Part shown: positions 54,785 through 63,683 of the stretch, piece by piece | Layout: the number at the start of each line of letters is the position of its first letter | Numbering within the stretch: position 1 is the first letter of the stretch | Source of the DNA: Deltaproteobacteria bacterium | Lineage (GTDB): Bacteria; Myxococcota_A; UBA9042; PHBI01 | NCBI GenBank assembly: GCA_006226565.1 | Contig: SBGO01000716.1 | Span: forward strand, 307 to 64,306 | Direction of reading: 5' to 3' | Length of the DNA stretch: 64,000 nucleotides | The notes under the pieces: generated by a model | Told to the model about the DNA's origin: nothing | The model's input: only the letters and a program-made list of their open reading frames with translations | Database searches by the model: none | Made by a program: the position numbers and the translations under genes

Positions 54785-55307
54785 TGCGGGCGAGCTCTTG
54801 GAGGGCGGTGCGGATCTCGCTGTCCAGCCGGAGGCGCACCTCATGGACGTCGTCGAGGGCGGCGAGCTCGGCCGCGAGTCGGCTCGGGATCGCCATGAAG
54901 CGGGCGCGGAGCGCCGCGGCAACGTCGTACCAGCGCTTGGCGACGTCCTCGGTCTTCAAGTAGGTGCCGGACTTGGTCTCGTACTCGAGCTGGCGCAGGC
55001 GCGCGCGGTAGACGGTGTCGGCGGTCTTGGCCTGGGCGTAGGTGCCGGGCGCCGGGCCGGGCGGGGCTTGCGCCGTGCGCACGGGCGGGGAGGGCGGGAG
55101 CGCCTGCGCTCTGGCTTCGGGAGCAGCTGGCCTCTCAACGCGGGGAGCCCCGTCGGGCTCGCGACCGGCGTTCCACTCCGCCATGACGACGTCCGGATCG
55201 AGCGTCCCGTCCGCCAGCACGCTGAGGCGTCCCGCCTTCACCCGCTTGTTCACGGCCTGAGGCGTGACGCCCATGCGACGCGCCAGCTCCTTCTGCGTGA
55301 TGCCCAC
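54774..55307 (-). CDS. Candidate terminase small subunit (HTH DNA-binding protein)
   Basis: HTH GITQKELARRMGVTPQAVNKRVKAGRL. It lies immediately upstream of the large terminase. The GTG start at 55307 shares one base with the TAG stop of the methyltransferase gene. Confidence 0.45.
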   Translation of the reverse strand: MGITQKELARRMGVTPQAVNKRVKAGRLSVLADGTLDPDVVMAEWNAGREPDGAPRVERPAAPEARAQALPPSPPVRTAQAPPGPAPGTYAQAKTADTVYRARLRQLEYETKSGTYLKTEDVAKRWYDVAAALRARFMAIPSRLAAELAALDDVHEVRLRLDSEIRTALQELARNAQ

Positions 55308-56554
55308 TACAGGACCTCGCCCATCGGGAAGACGGCGCCGTCGCTCTCTCGGACGGCCTCGACGCCGGTGAGCTGGCACCAGCGCCGCACCGCGACGTCC
55401 ACGTAGCGCGGCTCGAGCTCCATCGCGAAGCAGCGGCGCCCGAGCTGCTCAGCGGCGATGATCTGCGTGCCCGAGCCGGAGAACGGCTCGTAGCAGACGT
55501 CGCCCGGGCGGGTGTGCTGCTCCATCGGGATGGCGAACGCCTGAACCGGCTTCGGCGTCGGGTGGTCGCCATCCTCGAGGTCGCGGACGCGCTCGAGACT
55601 CCAGACCGTCCCGCGCATCTTCGTGTCCTTGTTGCGGCGCGGCTTGTGAGGCCGCACCCAGCCCATGAGGCAGGGCTCGTGCTGCCAGGTGTACCAGGAG
55701 TACGTCAGGACGCCCGATGGCTTCGCCCAGATGATCTGCTGGTGGACGAACGCGCCGACCTGCTCCCAGACCGCCTGGAGCTTCGCGTGGTGGACAGACG
55801 CGTACCAACAGTACCAGGCCGCGTCCTCTCGGATGGCGAGCTCGCGCGCCGTTCGACAGAAGCGGAGCCAGAGGTCGTCGTTCCGTTCGGCGTCTGCGTC
55901 GTCCCACTCCTGGTCGTCGTAGCCAACGAGGTACGGCGGATCCGTGGCGAAAAGGACGGCCCGCTCGCCGGCCATGAGGCGCGTGACGTCCTCGGCGGAG
56001 GTGCAGTCGCCGCACAAGAGCCGGTGGTTGCCAAGAACCCAGAGGTCACCCGGCTGCGTGAAGGCTTCCGCCGGTGGGGCAGGGGGGGCGTCCTCGACGA
56101 CCTCGCTGGCGGGCGTCGACTCGGTGGCGAGCAGGTCCCGGAGCGCGTCCTCATCGAACCCGAGGTCGTCGATGTCGAAGCCGTCGACCTGCAGCGAGCT
56201 CATGAGCGCGGCGAGGACCTCCTCGTCCCACTCGGCGAGCTCGGCCGTCCGGTTGTCGGCGATGGCGAAGCCGGTCGCGGTCGTCGCGTCGTCGTCGACG
56301 ATGACCGCGGCGAGGTGACTCCAACCCAGAGCCCGGGCGGCGGCGAGGGTGCCGTTTCCCGCCTCGACCACCATCCCGGCGCGCCGCACGACGATGGGCT
56401 TGCGCTGGCCAAAGCGGACGAGGCTCGCCTTGATGGCGTCGAGGTTGACGTCGGGGTGCTTGCGCGCGTTGGCCGGGTCTTCGTGGAGGTCCGGCAGCGG
56501 CACGGCGAGGTGACGCAGCGGCTCGACGATGAGCGCCGTGGACTCCGTCATCAC
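55307..56554 (-). CDS. ParB-like nuclease domain fused to a DNA methyltransferase (DPPY-type N6-adenine/N4-cytosine)
   Basis: ParB N-terminal domain LRHLAVPLPDLHEDPANARKHP...GNGTLAAARALGW. Methyltransferase motif IV FATDPPY and motif I YEPFSGSGTQIIAAEQLGRRCFAMEL. Confidence 0.8.
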   Translation of the reverse strand: MMTESTALIVEPLRHLAVPLPDLHEDPANARKHPDVNLDAIKASLVRFGQRKPIVVRRAGMVVEAGNGTLAAARALGWSHLAAVIVDDDATTATGFAIADNRTAELAEWDEEVLAALMSSLQVDGFDIDDLGFDEDALRDLLATESTPASEVVEDAPPAPPAEAFTQPGDLWVLGNHRLLCGDCTSAEDVTRLMAGERAVLFATDPPYLVGYDDQEWDDADAERNDDLWLRFCRTARELAIREDAAWYCWYASVHHAKLQAVWEQVGAFVHQQIIWAKPSGVLTYSWYTWQHEPCLMGWVRPHKPRRNKDTKMRGTVWSLERVRDLEDGDHPTPKPVQAFAIPMEQHTRPGDVCYEPFSGSGTQIIAAEQLGRRCFAMELEPRYVDVAVRRWCQLTGVEAVRESDGAVFPMGEVL

Positions 56555-56864
56555 GCCGGCCCCATCGAGCCCTGCCGAGCGATCAACCCGATCAACCGAG
56601 CGCGGTTGATCAACCCGGATTCGGCTCCGTCACAAACGCGGGGTCGCGCTGCCCAAGGTACCCGACCCCCACCCCCCCCAGGGAGGACCCGTGGCCACCT
56701 GGTAGGCGGCTCTGCGAGGTGTCGTCCCCGAGGTTGGGCAAGTGGCCAGGTATCCATCACGTGTGCTCCTCGAGGCGCTCATGCGCCTTCACTCGAGGAA
56801 ACGCGGACCTCAGCGGCCTACTGGGACAGGCTTTTTTTCACATCCTGCTCCTGACCTCTCGTCG

Positions 56865-57138
56865 AGGTTCGGCATAGGTTCGGCGCCAGGTTCGGCAGGT
56901 GAACTTCCATTGATATCGATGTGTTGTGGTGAGGTGCGGAACCTGCGGAACCTCCATGCCACCGATCGCACGGGGGAACTTCTTTTCTTTCGCCGCACGC
57001 ATACGCGAAAAAAAAGTACCTGCGGGGCGGGGGGGCCTGTTGGAGGTTCCGCAGGTTCGGCACGCGATCCAAACGCGTTGAAATTACAGCGAGATGGTGT
57101 GCGGGGCTTGGCTGGGAGGTTCCGCACAGGTTCGGCAC
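56865..57138. repeat. Iteron-like array: 9 copies of AGGTTC(G/C)GCA in both orientations
   Basis: Direct copies at 56865, 56876, 56888, 57044, 57053, 57118 and 57129, and inverted copies at 56935 and 56944. The array is flanked by unusual A/T runs (56830 to 56846 and 57004 to 57020). It lies between the primase 3' end and the methyltransferase 5' end. Confidence 0.7.
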
Positions 57139-57196
57139 GAACGTGCGAGGCGGCTCGCCGCCATCGCCAGGGCTCGGAGTCCAGCGGGACCACCGC

Positions 57197-60118
57197 CTAC
57201 GCGTCGTCGCCGTCACCGATGGGTTGCAGCGCGTAGATCGCACGGTTGTTGCGGTCCCGTGGCATCGCAGCGATGCGGAGAACGCCGTAGACTCGGTCAC
57301 GCGCGTCGTGGAGGGCCCTGCCAAGCCGGGTCTGCTGTGACCGCGATCCTCCCTCGCCTCGGACGCTGGCCATCATGTCGTTCGTCTCGCAGAGCGTGTT
57401 CAGGGATGACACCGTGACCGGCGTCGAGCCGTGGCTCTCCCACCAGGCGCTCGTGAACTGTCTCCACGCGTCGCCTTCGATGTCGGCGGTCGCGTACATA
57501 TCGTCGAGGTTGCCGAGGAAGCCATCGATGCCGCACACGTCGAGGAGGCCCGCCATCTGCACGGCCCACTCTTCGAATGAGCCGAGGTCCGCCGACGGCA
57601 GCCTCGGTCGCCCCGCCGCGATCCAGGCCTGGATGAGCGTCAACGCCGCGTGCACGAGCTCGCTTCGGTGTTCTTTCGCCCAGCCCGTGATGGGCTTGTG
57701 TTTGTAGGTGCGGCCCATCCATGGGCGATCGCGGGCGGCGTCGATCCGAATGGGGATCGAACGTCGCGCAACGTCGACCGCCAGGGACGGGTTGTTCCCG
57801 GTGAGCATCCACAGCGCGTGGTTCGGGTGGGTCAGCATCCGGGTCCGTCCGAGGAGCCGATCGGTCCACTTCGTGGTGGTGAGCACAGCGGCGAGCGACG
57901 GCGCGGCGATCCTCTTATGCTCACGAGCATTGTCGAGAAGGATGATCGGCTGCGCGCGACCGAGCTCTGAGGTGATCATCTTGCGGATCTCATCGTCCTC
58001 TGAGGGGAGGGTGCGAGCCGCGCAGATGGTCCCGGTGACGACGACGGAGACGAGGTTGCAGAGGAGCCCCTTGCCCGTCCCCGCGGTCGGAGACTCCACG
58101 ACGTAAAGCGGGGTCGGGCCATCGATCAGTCGTCGCATGAACGTCTGAAGCACCGCAGCGATGGCGTGGGCACGGTCAGCCTGGCTGACGAACGGGAAGT
58201 CCACGAACAAGTCGTCGACGAAGATGGCCTTGGCTGCGTCGATCTCCGCTGCCGAGGGCTTCTCAGACACCTCGGCCAACAACAGGGTGGGGTCCGTCTC
58301 AAGCCAGAGCTGGTCACTCGCATGCAGGCCTGGTGCCGAGAGAATCCCACCGGCGCGGCCAAACACGGGCGTCGTGAGCACGGTGTCGACAGTGGCGAGC
58401 CCGGCCGGTGGGTAGGCGAGTAGATCCTTCGAGACGTCCTTTGGTGGCGGGACGGCGCGTTCGCCATGCTGGTTCTGCTCGATCCAGTCGGCCTCTCTCG
58501 CCAGAACGCCGTGCATCGCGTCCTCTGTGACCGCGACGACGGTCGCGGCGCCATCGGTCGGCCGGTCGAGGCGGACGAGGGACCTGCCGTGAACGAAAAG
58601 GGGGGCGGCGACGTTCTCAAAGGGAGCGCTGGCGGCGGCGTCGATGCGGCGCGCGTTCGCTGCGGTCAGGACATCCCGGGTCTCGTTCAGGACCTCTCGC
58701 AGCTGCCGGTCGCCGACAACGATCTTGGGTCGTTGTCCCGGGGCGGATGGAGCAGGCGTCGCTTGCCCCCTTGATTGCCCCCTGACTGCCTTGAGGCTCG
58801 CGTTGAGGGCGCGCTTCTTGATTCCGAAGCGCTGCGTGATCGCGTCGAGCACAGCGCCTGTGCGAATCGCAGAGCAACGCTCGAGCGCAGCGAGGACCGG
58901 CGTGAGCTCGCTGTCGAGCTCGTGTGGTGGTGTGTCTTGCGGGATGGCGGCGAGGAGGTACTCGGGGTACGGCAGCGCGTTCGCCATGACCTCTTGGAGT
59001 GCCTCGGGGCTACCAGTCGCGACCAGCTCGTTGACGTCGATCTTCTCCCTGTCTTCGGGACGCGGAATTGTCGCGATGTAGATCTCTCGCCCGGCGTCCC
59101 AGAACGCCGCCGCAGTGGCCCTCGCACCGGCCTCCCCGGAGCCGTTCGCCTCGGAGTCGTTGCAGATGACGACCCGCCGCGCGCGCTGTGTGAGCTTCAG
59201 GAGGCGTGGCACGTCCTTGATCCGGAACTGGATCGTCACCGGTGAGATGCATCGGACACCGGCCTGGCGCGCGCTGATGCAGTCGGTGACGCCTTCCGTG
59301 ATGAGAACCTCGTCGGCCCCCCGTGCAGCATCCTCCTCGTAGAAGTACTCGTTCTGCACCGTGGGCGAGACGTAGCTGTGCTTCTCGGAGTGGGTGAGGA
59401 GCTTCTTGTACTTCGCCTGCTCCCACGACGCCTCCGACGTGCGCTCGGTCCGCCGCGCGATGAAGTAGACGACTCGCCCCCCGCGCCAGTAGGGAAACAC
59501 GAGCCGGCTCTGAAAGAGGTCCTTGATGCCGCTCCTCGTGACCACGAACAGGCCGGTCTTGAGCGCGGCCTCGCGACTCGCCCCGACGGTCGTCGTCAGG
59601 TGCTCGAAGAGGCGGCCGTCCGCCCAGCCGAGCTGCAGCTCGTCGACGGTCTCGTCGGTGAAGCCGTAGTGCTGGCGGTAGTGCGTCTCCCGGATCTCAG
59701 GCAGGAGCGCGCGGTGGTAGTACGCCGCCGCGGCGGTGTGCAGGCGCTCGACCTCGCGTCGCTCGGACAGCTGCTCGACCTCGCGCGCCCACGACTCATC
59801 GTCTTCGTTCAGCCGGCGGACCCCCGCGCGCTCAGCGAGGAGGTGCACCGCGTGCATGAAACCGACTCGCTCGCGCTGCTGGACGTAGTCGAAGACGTCG
59901 CCGCCAAGCCCGCCGCCCCGGGAGAAGTCGTGCCAGGTCCGGGTCTCGGGCCAGACGACGAACGATGGGGTCTTCTCAGGGTGAAAGGGCGAAAGGCCCT
60001 TGAGGGTCGAGCCCGACTCTCGCAAGTCAACATCTGCGCCGATGACCCCTACGATGTCCGAACGCTCACGCACGAGCTCCACGAAGTCCCTGAACTGCGT
60101 GTTGCCGAGCGCGCTCAT
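57197..60118 (-). CDS. Phage/plasmid-type DNA primase (Zn-binding-like N-terminus plus TOPRIM) fused to a C-terminal P-loop domain (DUF3987/D5-like)
   Basis: LKGLSPFHPEKTPSFVV is a CHC2-like primase N-terminus that lacks the Cys residues. TOPRIM motif VLITEGVTDCISARQAG...VVICNDSEANGSG. P-loop YVVESPTAGTGKGLL. Start at ATG 60118, in an ATGA overlap with the upstream small ORF. Confidence 0.7.
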   Translation of the reverse strand: MSALGNTQFRDFVELVRERSDIVGVIGADVDLRESGSTLKGLSPFHPEKTPSFVVWPETRTWHDFSRGGGLGGDVFDYVQQRERVGFMHAVHLLAERAGVRRLNEDDESWAREVEQLSERREVERLHTAAAAYYHRALLPEIRETHYRQHYGFTDETVDELQLGWADGRLFEHLTTTVGASREAALKTGLFVVTRSGIKDLFQSRLVFPYWRGGRVVYFIARRTERTSEASWEQAKYKKLLTHSEKHSYVSPTVQNEYFYEEDAARGADEVLITEGVTDCISARQAGVRCISPVTIQFRIKDVPRLLKLTQRARRVVICNDSEANGSGEAGARATAAAFWDAGREIYIATIPRPEDREKIDVNELVATGSPEALQEVMANALPYPEYLLAAIPQDTPPHELDSELTPVLAALERCSAIRTGAVLDAITQRFGIKKRALNASLKAVRGQSRGQATPAPSAPGQRPKIVVGDRQLREVLNETRDVLTAANARRIDAAASAPFENVAAPLFVHGRSLVRLDRPTDGAATVVAVTEDAMHGVLAREADWIEQNQHGERAVPPPKDVSKDLLAYPPAGLATVDTVLTTPVFGRAGGILSAPGLHASDQLWLETDPTLLLAEVSEKPSAAEIDAAKAIFVDDLFVDFPFVSQADRAHAIAAVLQTFMRRLIDGPTPLYVVESPTAGTGKGLLCNLVSVVVTGTICAARTLPSEDDEIRKMITSELGRAQPIILLDNAREHKRIAAPSLAAVLTTTKWTDRLLGRTRMLTHPNHALWMLTGNNPSLAVDVARRSIPIRIDAARDRPWMGRTYKHKPITGWAKEHRSELVHAALTLIQAWIAAGRPRLPSADLGSFEEWAVQMAGLLDVCGIDGFLGNLDDMYATADIEGDAWRQFTSAWWESHGSTPVTVSSLNTLCETNDMMASVRGEGGSRSQQTRLGRALHDARDRVYGVLRIAAMPRDRNNRAIYALQPIGDGDDA

Positions 60119-60360
60119 CCTGCGTCCTCGTACTGCGTCGCGAGGTCCAGGAGGGACACGATCGCGGGGTGCCGCTGTACTCCAGCCGCTGTCGCGAGGG
60201 GGACGCCTCGGGCTCGCCGGTATGCGCGCTCGAGCCCCGCAGCGACACGGCGGATGGTCTCGTCGTCGGTGCCCTGGACGGCGAAGACGCCGCCCAGCAC
60301 GAGGACGACCTCGCGGAACATCGACGCGAGAGGGTCTCGGGACATGGTAGGGTCGTTCAT
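60115..60360 (-). CDS. Hypothetical small protein
   Basis: Coding-like ORF translationally coupled to the primase gene. Confidence 0.3.
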   Translation of the reverse strand: MNDPTMSRDPLASMFREVVLVLGGVFAVQGTDDETIRRVAAGLERAYRRARGVPLATAAGVQRHPAIVSLLDLATQYEDAG

Positions 60361-60432
60361 GAGCGTGCTCCTCAGGGGTGTGCCCTCGTCTGGGGAGGAA
60401 ACGCGACCTCCAAGGGGCTGAGTGGGACACGT

Positions 60433-61167
60433 TCACGAGGTCCGCCGATACCGTTGCTGGACCTTCCGCTTGGCGCGCTGAAGACGCTTCCGGGCCGCCT
60501 CGTGGGAGACGCCCAGCCGCTCGGCCATGCTGCGCTGGCTCTCGTCATAGATGAGGCAGCCGATGACGAGGTCCGCGTCGTCACCGACCACGTCGGCGAG
60601 TCTCCCGCGGAGCGCCCGCACGTCCTCGTCGGGCTCGAGGCGAATGATGCCGGTCGTATCCTCGGTCGCGACCTCAATGTCAGGCATGTCGGCGCGACGC
60701 TTGTCCTCGTCCCACCGGCGTTTGAGGCCGTCACACAGGTCGCGGGAGACGTTGCGGACGAGCGTGGCGGCGACCCGGTTGACCCGCGTGAGGTCCATCC
60801 TGTGGACCGCTTCGAGGAAGCGGGTGCTGAGCTCGGAGACGAGGGCCTCGGGCTCGCCGGGGAAGTCTCGTCGGCGACGCCGGTGGATGGCGTCGAGTCC
60901 GGGCCAGAGCCCGAGCCAGAGCAGCGTGCGGGCTTGCTCAGCCCGAGGACGGTCGCGGCTCTGCGCCACCTCGATGAGGGAGGCGTAGATGGCGTCCTTC
61001 TCGTCGCGGTCGCCCGTCGGGTCGTTGAGGTACGTGACGAGCGCGGTCGCGCATTGGAACCGCGATAGGTGGTCGTGTCTCTGCAGCTCATCGAACCGCG
61101 ACTTGGATCTCGACGGATCGACCGAACGCTCGAGGCTCTCCTTCAGAGCCTCCCAGGAAGCGCGCAT
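60433..61167 (-). CDS. Sigma-70 family (ECF-like) RNA polymerase sigma factor
   Basis: C-terminal region 4 HTH SQRSMAERLGVSHEAARKRLQRAKRKV and a region-2-like segment. Confidence 0.55.
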   Translation of the reverse strand: MRASWEALKESLERSVDPSRSKSRFDELQRHDHLSRFQCATALVTYLNDPTGDRDEKDAIYASLIEVAQSRDRPRAEQARTLLWLGLWPGLDAIHRRRRRDFPGEPEALVSELSTRFLEAVHRMDLTRVNRVAATLVRNVSRDLCDGLKRRWDEDKRRADMPDIEVATEDTTGIIRLEPDEDVRALRGRLADVVGDDADLVIGCLIYDESQRSMAERLGVSHEAARKRLQRAKRKVQQRYRRTS

Positions 61168-61271
61168 GACTTTCCGGCCTTGGGGCCGGGCGTCATGCGC
61201 CTCTCAGGGGCCTCGTCAGGGCGTCTCGCGCCTCTGGTGAGTTGTGTGTCGGCGCCGATGGGGCGCCGCGC

Positions 61272-61514
61272 TCAGCTGCGGCGTGCGGGCTCCGCGGCGG
61301 GCGCCGGGTACTCGTTCAGCGTCTGGCAGAAGCGACACCGGGTCGTCGCCGGCAGCCCGACGATGTACTCGTGGCCGCGCGCGAACCGGACGTGGAGTCG
61401 GCTGCCGCGCTTGCGAGCGAGCAGCGCGTGGCAGCGCGTGCAGCGCCACGGGGCTTCGTCCGCTCGGACCTTGTTGATGCGGACGCTCGGTGGAGCCTGT
61501 GGGATCCTTCTCAT
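61272..61514 (-). CDS. Small zinc-ribbon protein (CxxC...CxxC), Com/Ogr-like
   Basis: CTRCHALL...CRFC pairs. It sits in a phage-like regulatory position. Confidence 0.45.
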   Translation of the reverse strand: MRRIPQAPPSVRINKVRADEAPWRCTRCHALLARKRGSRLHVRFARGHEYIVGLPATTRCRFCQTLNEYPAPAAEPARRS

Positions 61515-61604
61515 GGGGCCTCCAAGCCGCCATGGAAGGCGGCGTTGTTAACTACCCCCGCAGCATCCGCACGGGTGGGACCCCACGAAATTCCTCATCG
61601 AGCA

Positions 61605-61679
61605 CCGGTGACTAGTCACCGCTGTGTGGTGAGTAGTCTGGCAGCGAAGCTGGTCGGGACAACAATGCTGTAATTACAG
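61605..61679. promoter_or_regulatory. Two perfect palindromes in the intergenic region: CGGTGACTAGTCACCG (61605..61620) and GCTGTAATTACAGC (61666..61679)
   Basis: Exact palindromes of 16 bp and 14 bp upstream of the Zn-ribbon/sigma/primase leftward operon. Confidence 0.35.
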
Positions 61680-61789
61680 CGCATTGCAATGATGGGCGTG
61701 ACGGCGTTCGAGTTCTGTTCACCTGACACGGGTACATCGCTACGCACCAGCGAGCGGTCCCGTAGGACGCGTTCAGGATGCCCCCAGGA

Positions 61790-62656
61790 TCAGAACCGCT
61801 TCGGCGCGCGGTACTCCTTGAGCTTCGCCAGCGCGGCGTCCGAGAGCGGGCCAGGCTCCCATGCCATGAGCGGCCACGGTCCCGGCGCCGGCAGCAAGTG
61901 GATTCGCTCAGGAGGCAGCAAGGGCTGCTTCGTGTGTCGCTGTCTGAACTCAAGCATGAAGCGCTGCCAGTTGGCTGCCGCGGAAAGAAAGGTGAACAGT
62001 CGGATGGGACTCAGTGGACCCGGTCCCGGCAGCGCCTGCAATCGAGCCTGCATGGCGGCGAAGATGTCCGCATGGAGCATGTAGCTGAGCGTGGCCGCCA
62101 GGTGAGCGACCGGCGCATGCGAACTCCACGCCTTTCGAATGTCCTTTTCGTTCTTGTGCAGGTCGCTGTGGGACTTGGCGAGCCACTCGACGAGGTGCAC
62201 AGCCTTGTTGACGCTCGCCTCTCCTCGGTCGGCGTGGTGCAACGCCATCCGCCGGATCATGTCCAGGATCGTGCCAGCGGTGGCCCAGTCGCGGGACCGC
62301 TTTTCCGCGAACGCGAGCATCGTTGGCAAGCTGTCCGCGAAGGCCACAGCGACGGGGCCTCCATGGGCCTCAAACCGTGCCTGAGCCGATGCACGAGCCT
62401 CTGCTAGCTCCTCACGGAGGCGCTCGGCTGCGGCTCTGTCACCGTTCGCCTCGAGCTTCGCAAGAACGGAGGCGACGATCTCTGCCGAGAAGTCCAAATC
62501 TCGGTGGAGGGCGCGAACGTCCAATGCAGCTTGCGCCGCCAAGAAGGCGTGGCGTGTCACGTCGTCATCTGGCCACGTCAAGTAGGCGCCGATGATGTTG
62601 CCGGCCGCTGAACGGCCAGTGTCTGTGGTGAGGTCGCCGAGTTCGATTGCCGCCAT
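61790..62656 (-). CDS. Hypothetical protein
   Basis: Coding-like 288-aa ORF. No motif recognised. Confidence 0.4.
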   Translation of the reverse strand: MAAIELGDLTTDTGRSAAGNIIGAYLTWPDDDVTRHAFLAAQAALDVRALHRDLDFSAEIVASVLAKLEANGDRAAAERLREELAEARASAQARFEAHGGPVAVAFADSLPTMLAFAEKRSRDWATAGTILDMIRRMALHHADRGEASVNKAVHLVEWLAKSHSDLHKNEKDIRKAWSSHAPVAHLAATLSYMLHADIFAAMQARLQALPGPGPLSPIRLFTFLSAAANWQRFMLEFRQRHTKQPLLPPERIHLLPAPGPWPLMAWEPGPLSDAALAKLKEYRAPKRF

Positions 62657-63137
62657 GGTGTCCGTCCGTCCTTGATGCTGCAGTCGGATGTACCGTAGCG
62701 CGTCGCCATCGTTCAGGCAGTAGCCGGGAAACGCTCTTGTTTTTTCGCGCGACGGCGCGCTGTCCCATTCTCGGGCCCGGCCCTGCGTTTCCTCGGCAGT
62801 TCGTCAACGCCGGAGGATGGCATGGTCCCGATTCAACCTGGGCAGCAGAGCTCGAACGGTCCTTCGCCACGAAACCCCGATTCCGTCCGCTCCGCCCGCG
62901 ACGAAGTCGCCGACGTCCTCGCCGAGGCCCTCTGGAGCTTGATCTGCAGCCGCCGCGGTCTCGAAGGGCAGGGCGGAAGCCGCCGGAAGACCCGGACGAC
63001 CACGACGCGCCACGTCTCGGCCTCACCGCAACCTGTTGAAACACATGCGCTCTGAGACTTGCCTCCGCGCGGAGACGACGCGTCCATGCGCCCACGACGA
63101 GGCGCACGGTGCGCCCCGGGACACCAGGGAGCACCCC

Positions 63138-63683
63138 ATGACAGGGAAGCAGAGCGAGGGCGCGAAGACGCGCCGCGAGATCGCCGACCTCACGCAGCAG
63201 CTGGCGGCGCTGCGCGAGATGACCGTGAACGAGCTCCGTGAGAAGTACCGCGACGTCTTCGGTGAGCCGAGCCGCTCGCGCAACAAGGACTACCTCCGGA
63301 AGAAGGTGGGCTGGCGGATCCAGGAGCTGGCCGAGGGGGGACTCTCCGACCGCGCCAGCAGCAAGATCGAAGCGCTCACGGCGGACGAGCCGCTGCGGTG
63401 GAGGAAGCGGCGCCGCCTGACCGAGCCCACCGCCCACGCCACCGCATCCGACGCGACCGCAGCTACGACGCGTGATCCCCGCCTCCCGGAGCCCGGTACC
63501 GTCCTCACACGCGAGCACGACGGCGTCGAGCACACCGTCACCGTCCTCGACGGCGGCTTCGAGTACGAGGGGCAGCGCTTCAAGAGCCTCTCGAAGGTCG
63601 CCCGCGTCATTACAGGCACGAACTGGAATGGGTTCCTGTTCTTCGGCCTCAAGCGCCGGACGCCGGGCGGGGGCACCACGTGA
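63138..63683 (+). CDS. DUF2924-family protein (the usual partner of large serine recombinases)
   Basis: [32 protein letters not shown] and the C-terminal ...[21 protein letters not shown] match DUF2924 conserved regions. The start is taken at ATG 63138. Confidence 0.7.
   Translation: MTGKQSEGAKTRREIADLTQQLAALREMTVNELREKYRDVFGEPSRSRNKDYLRKKVGWRIQELAEGGLSDRASSKIEALTADEPLRWRKRRRLTEPTAHATASDATAATTRDPRLPEPGTVLTREHDGVEHTVTVLDGGFEYEGQRFKSLSKVARVITGTNWNGFLFFGLKRRTPGGGTT

Noticed and set aside
56865-57138. CRISPR array
   Set aside because: The units are 9 to 10 bp, occur in both orientations and have no regular spacers, so this is an iteron/operator array and not CRISPR. No CRISPR-like repeat-spacer structure exists elsewhere in the window.
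62565-63533. 322-aa minus-strand ORF antisense to the DUF2924 gene
   Set aside because: Low-complexity Arg/Gly-rich translation. The plus-strand DUF2924 reading is conserved.
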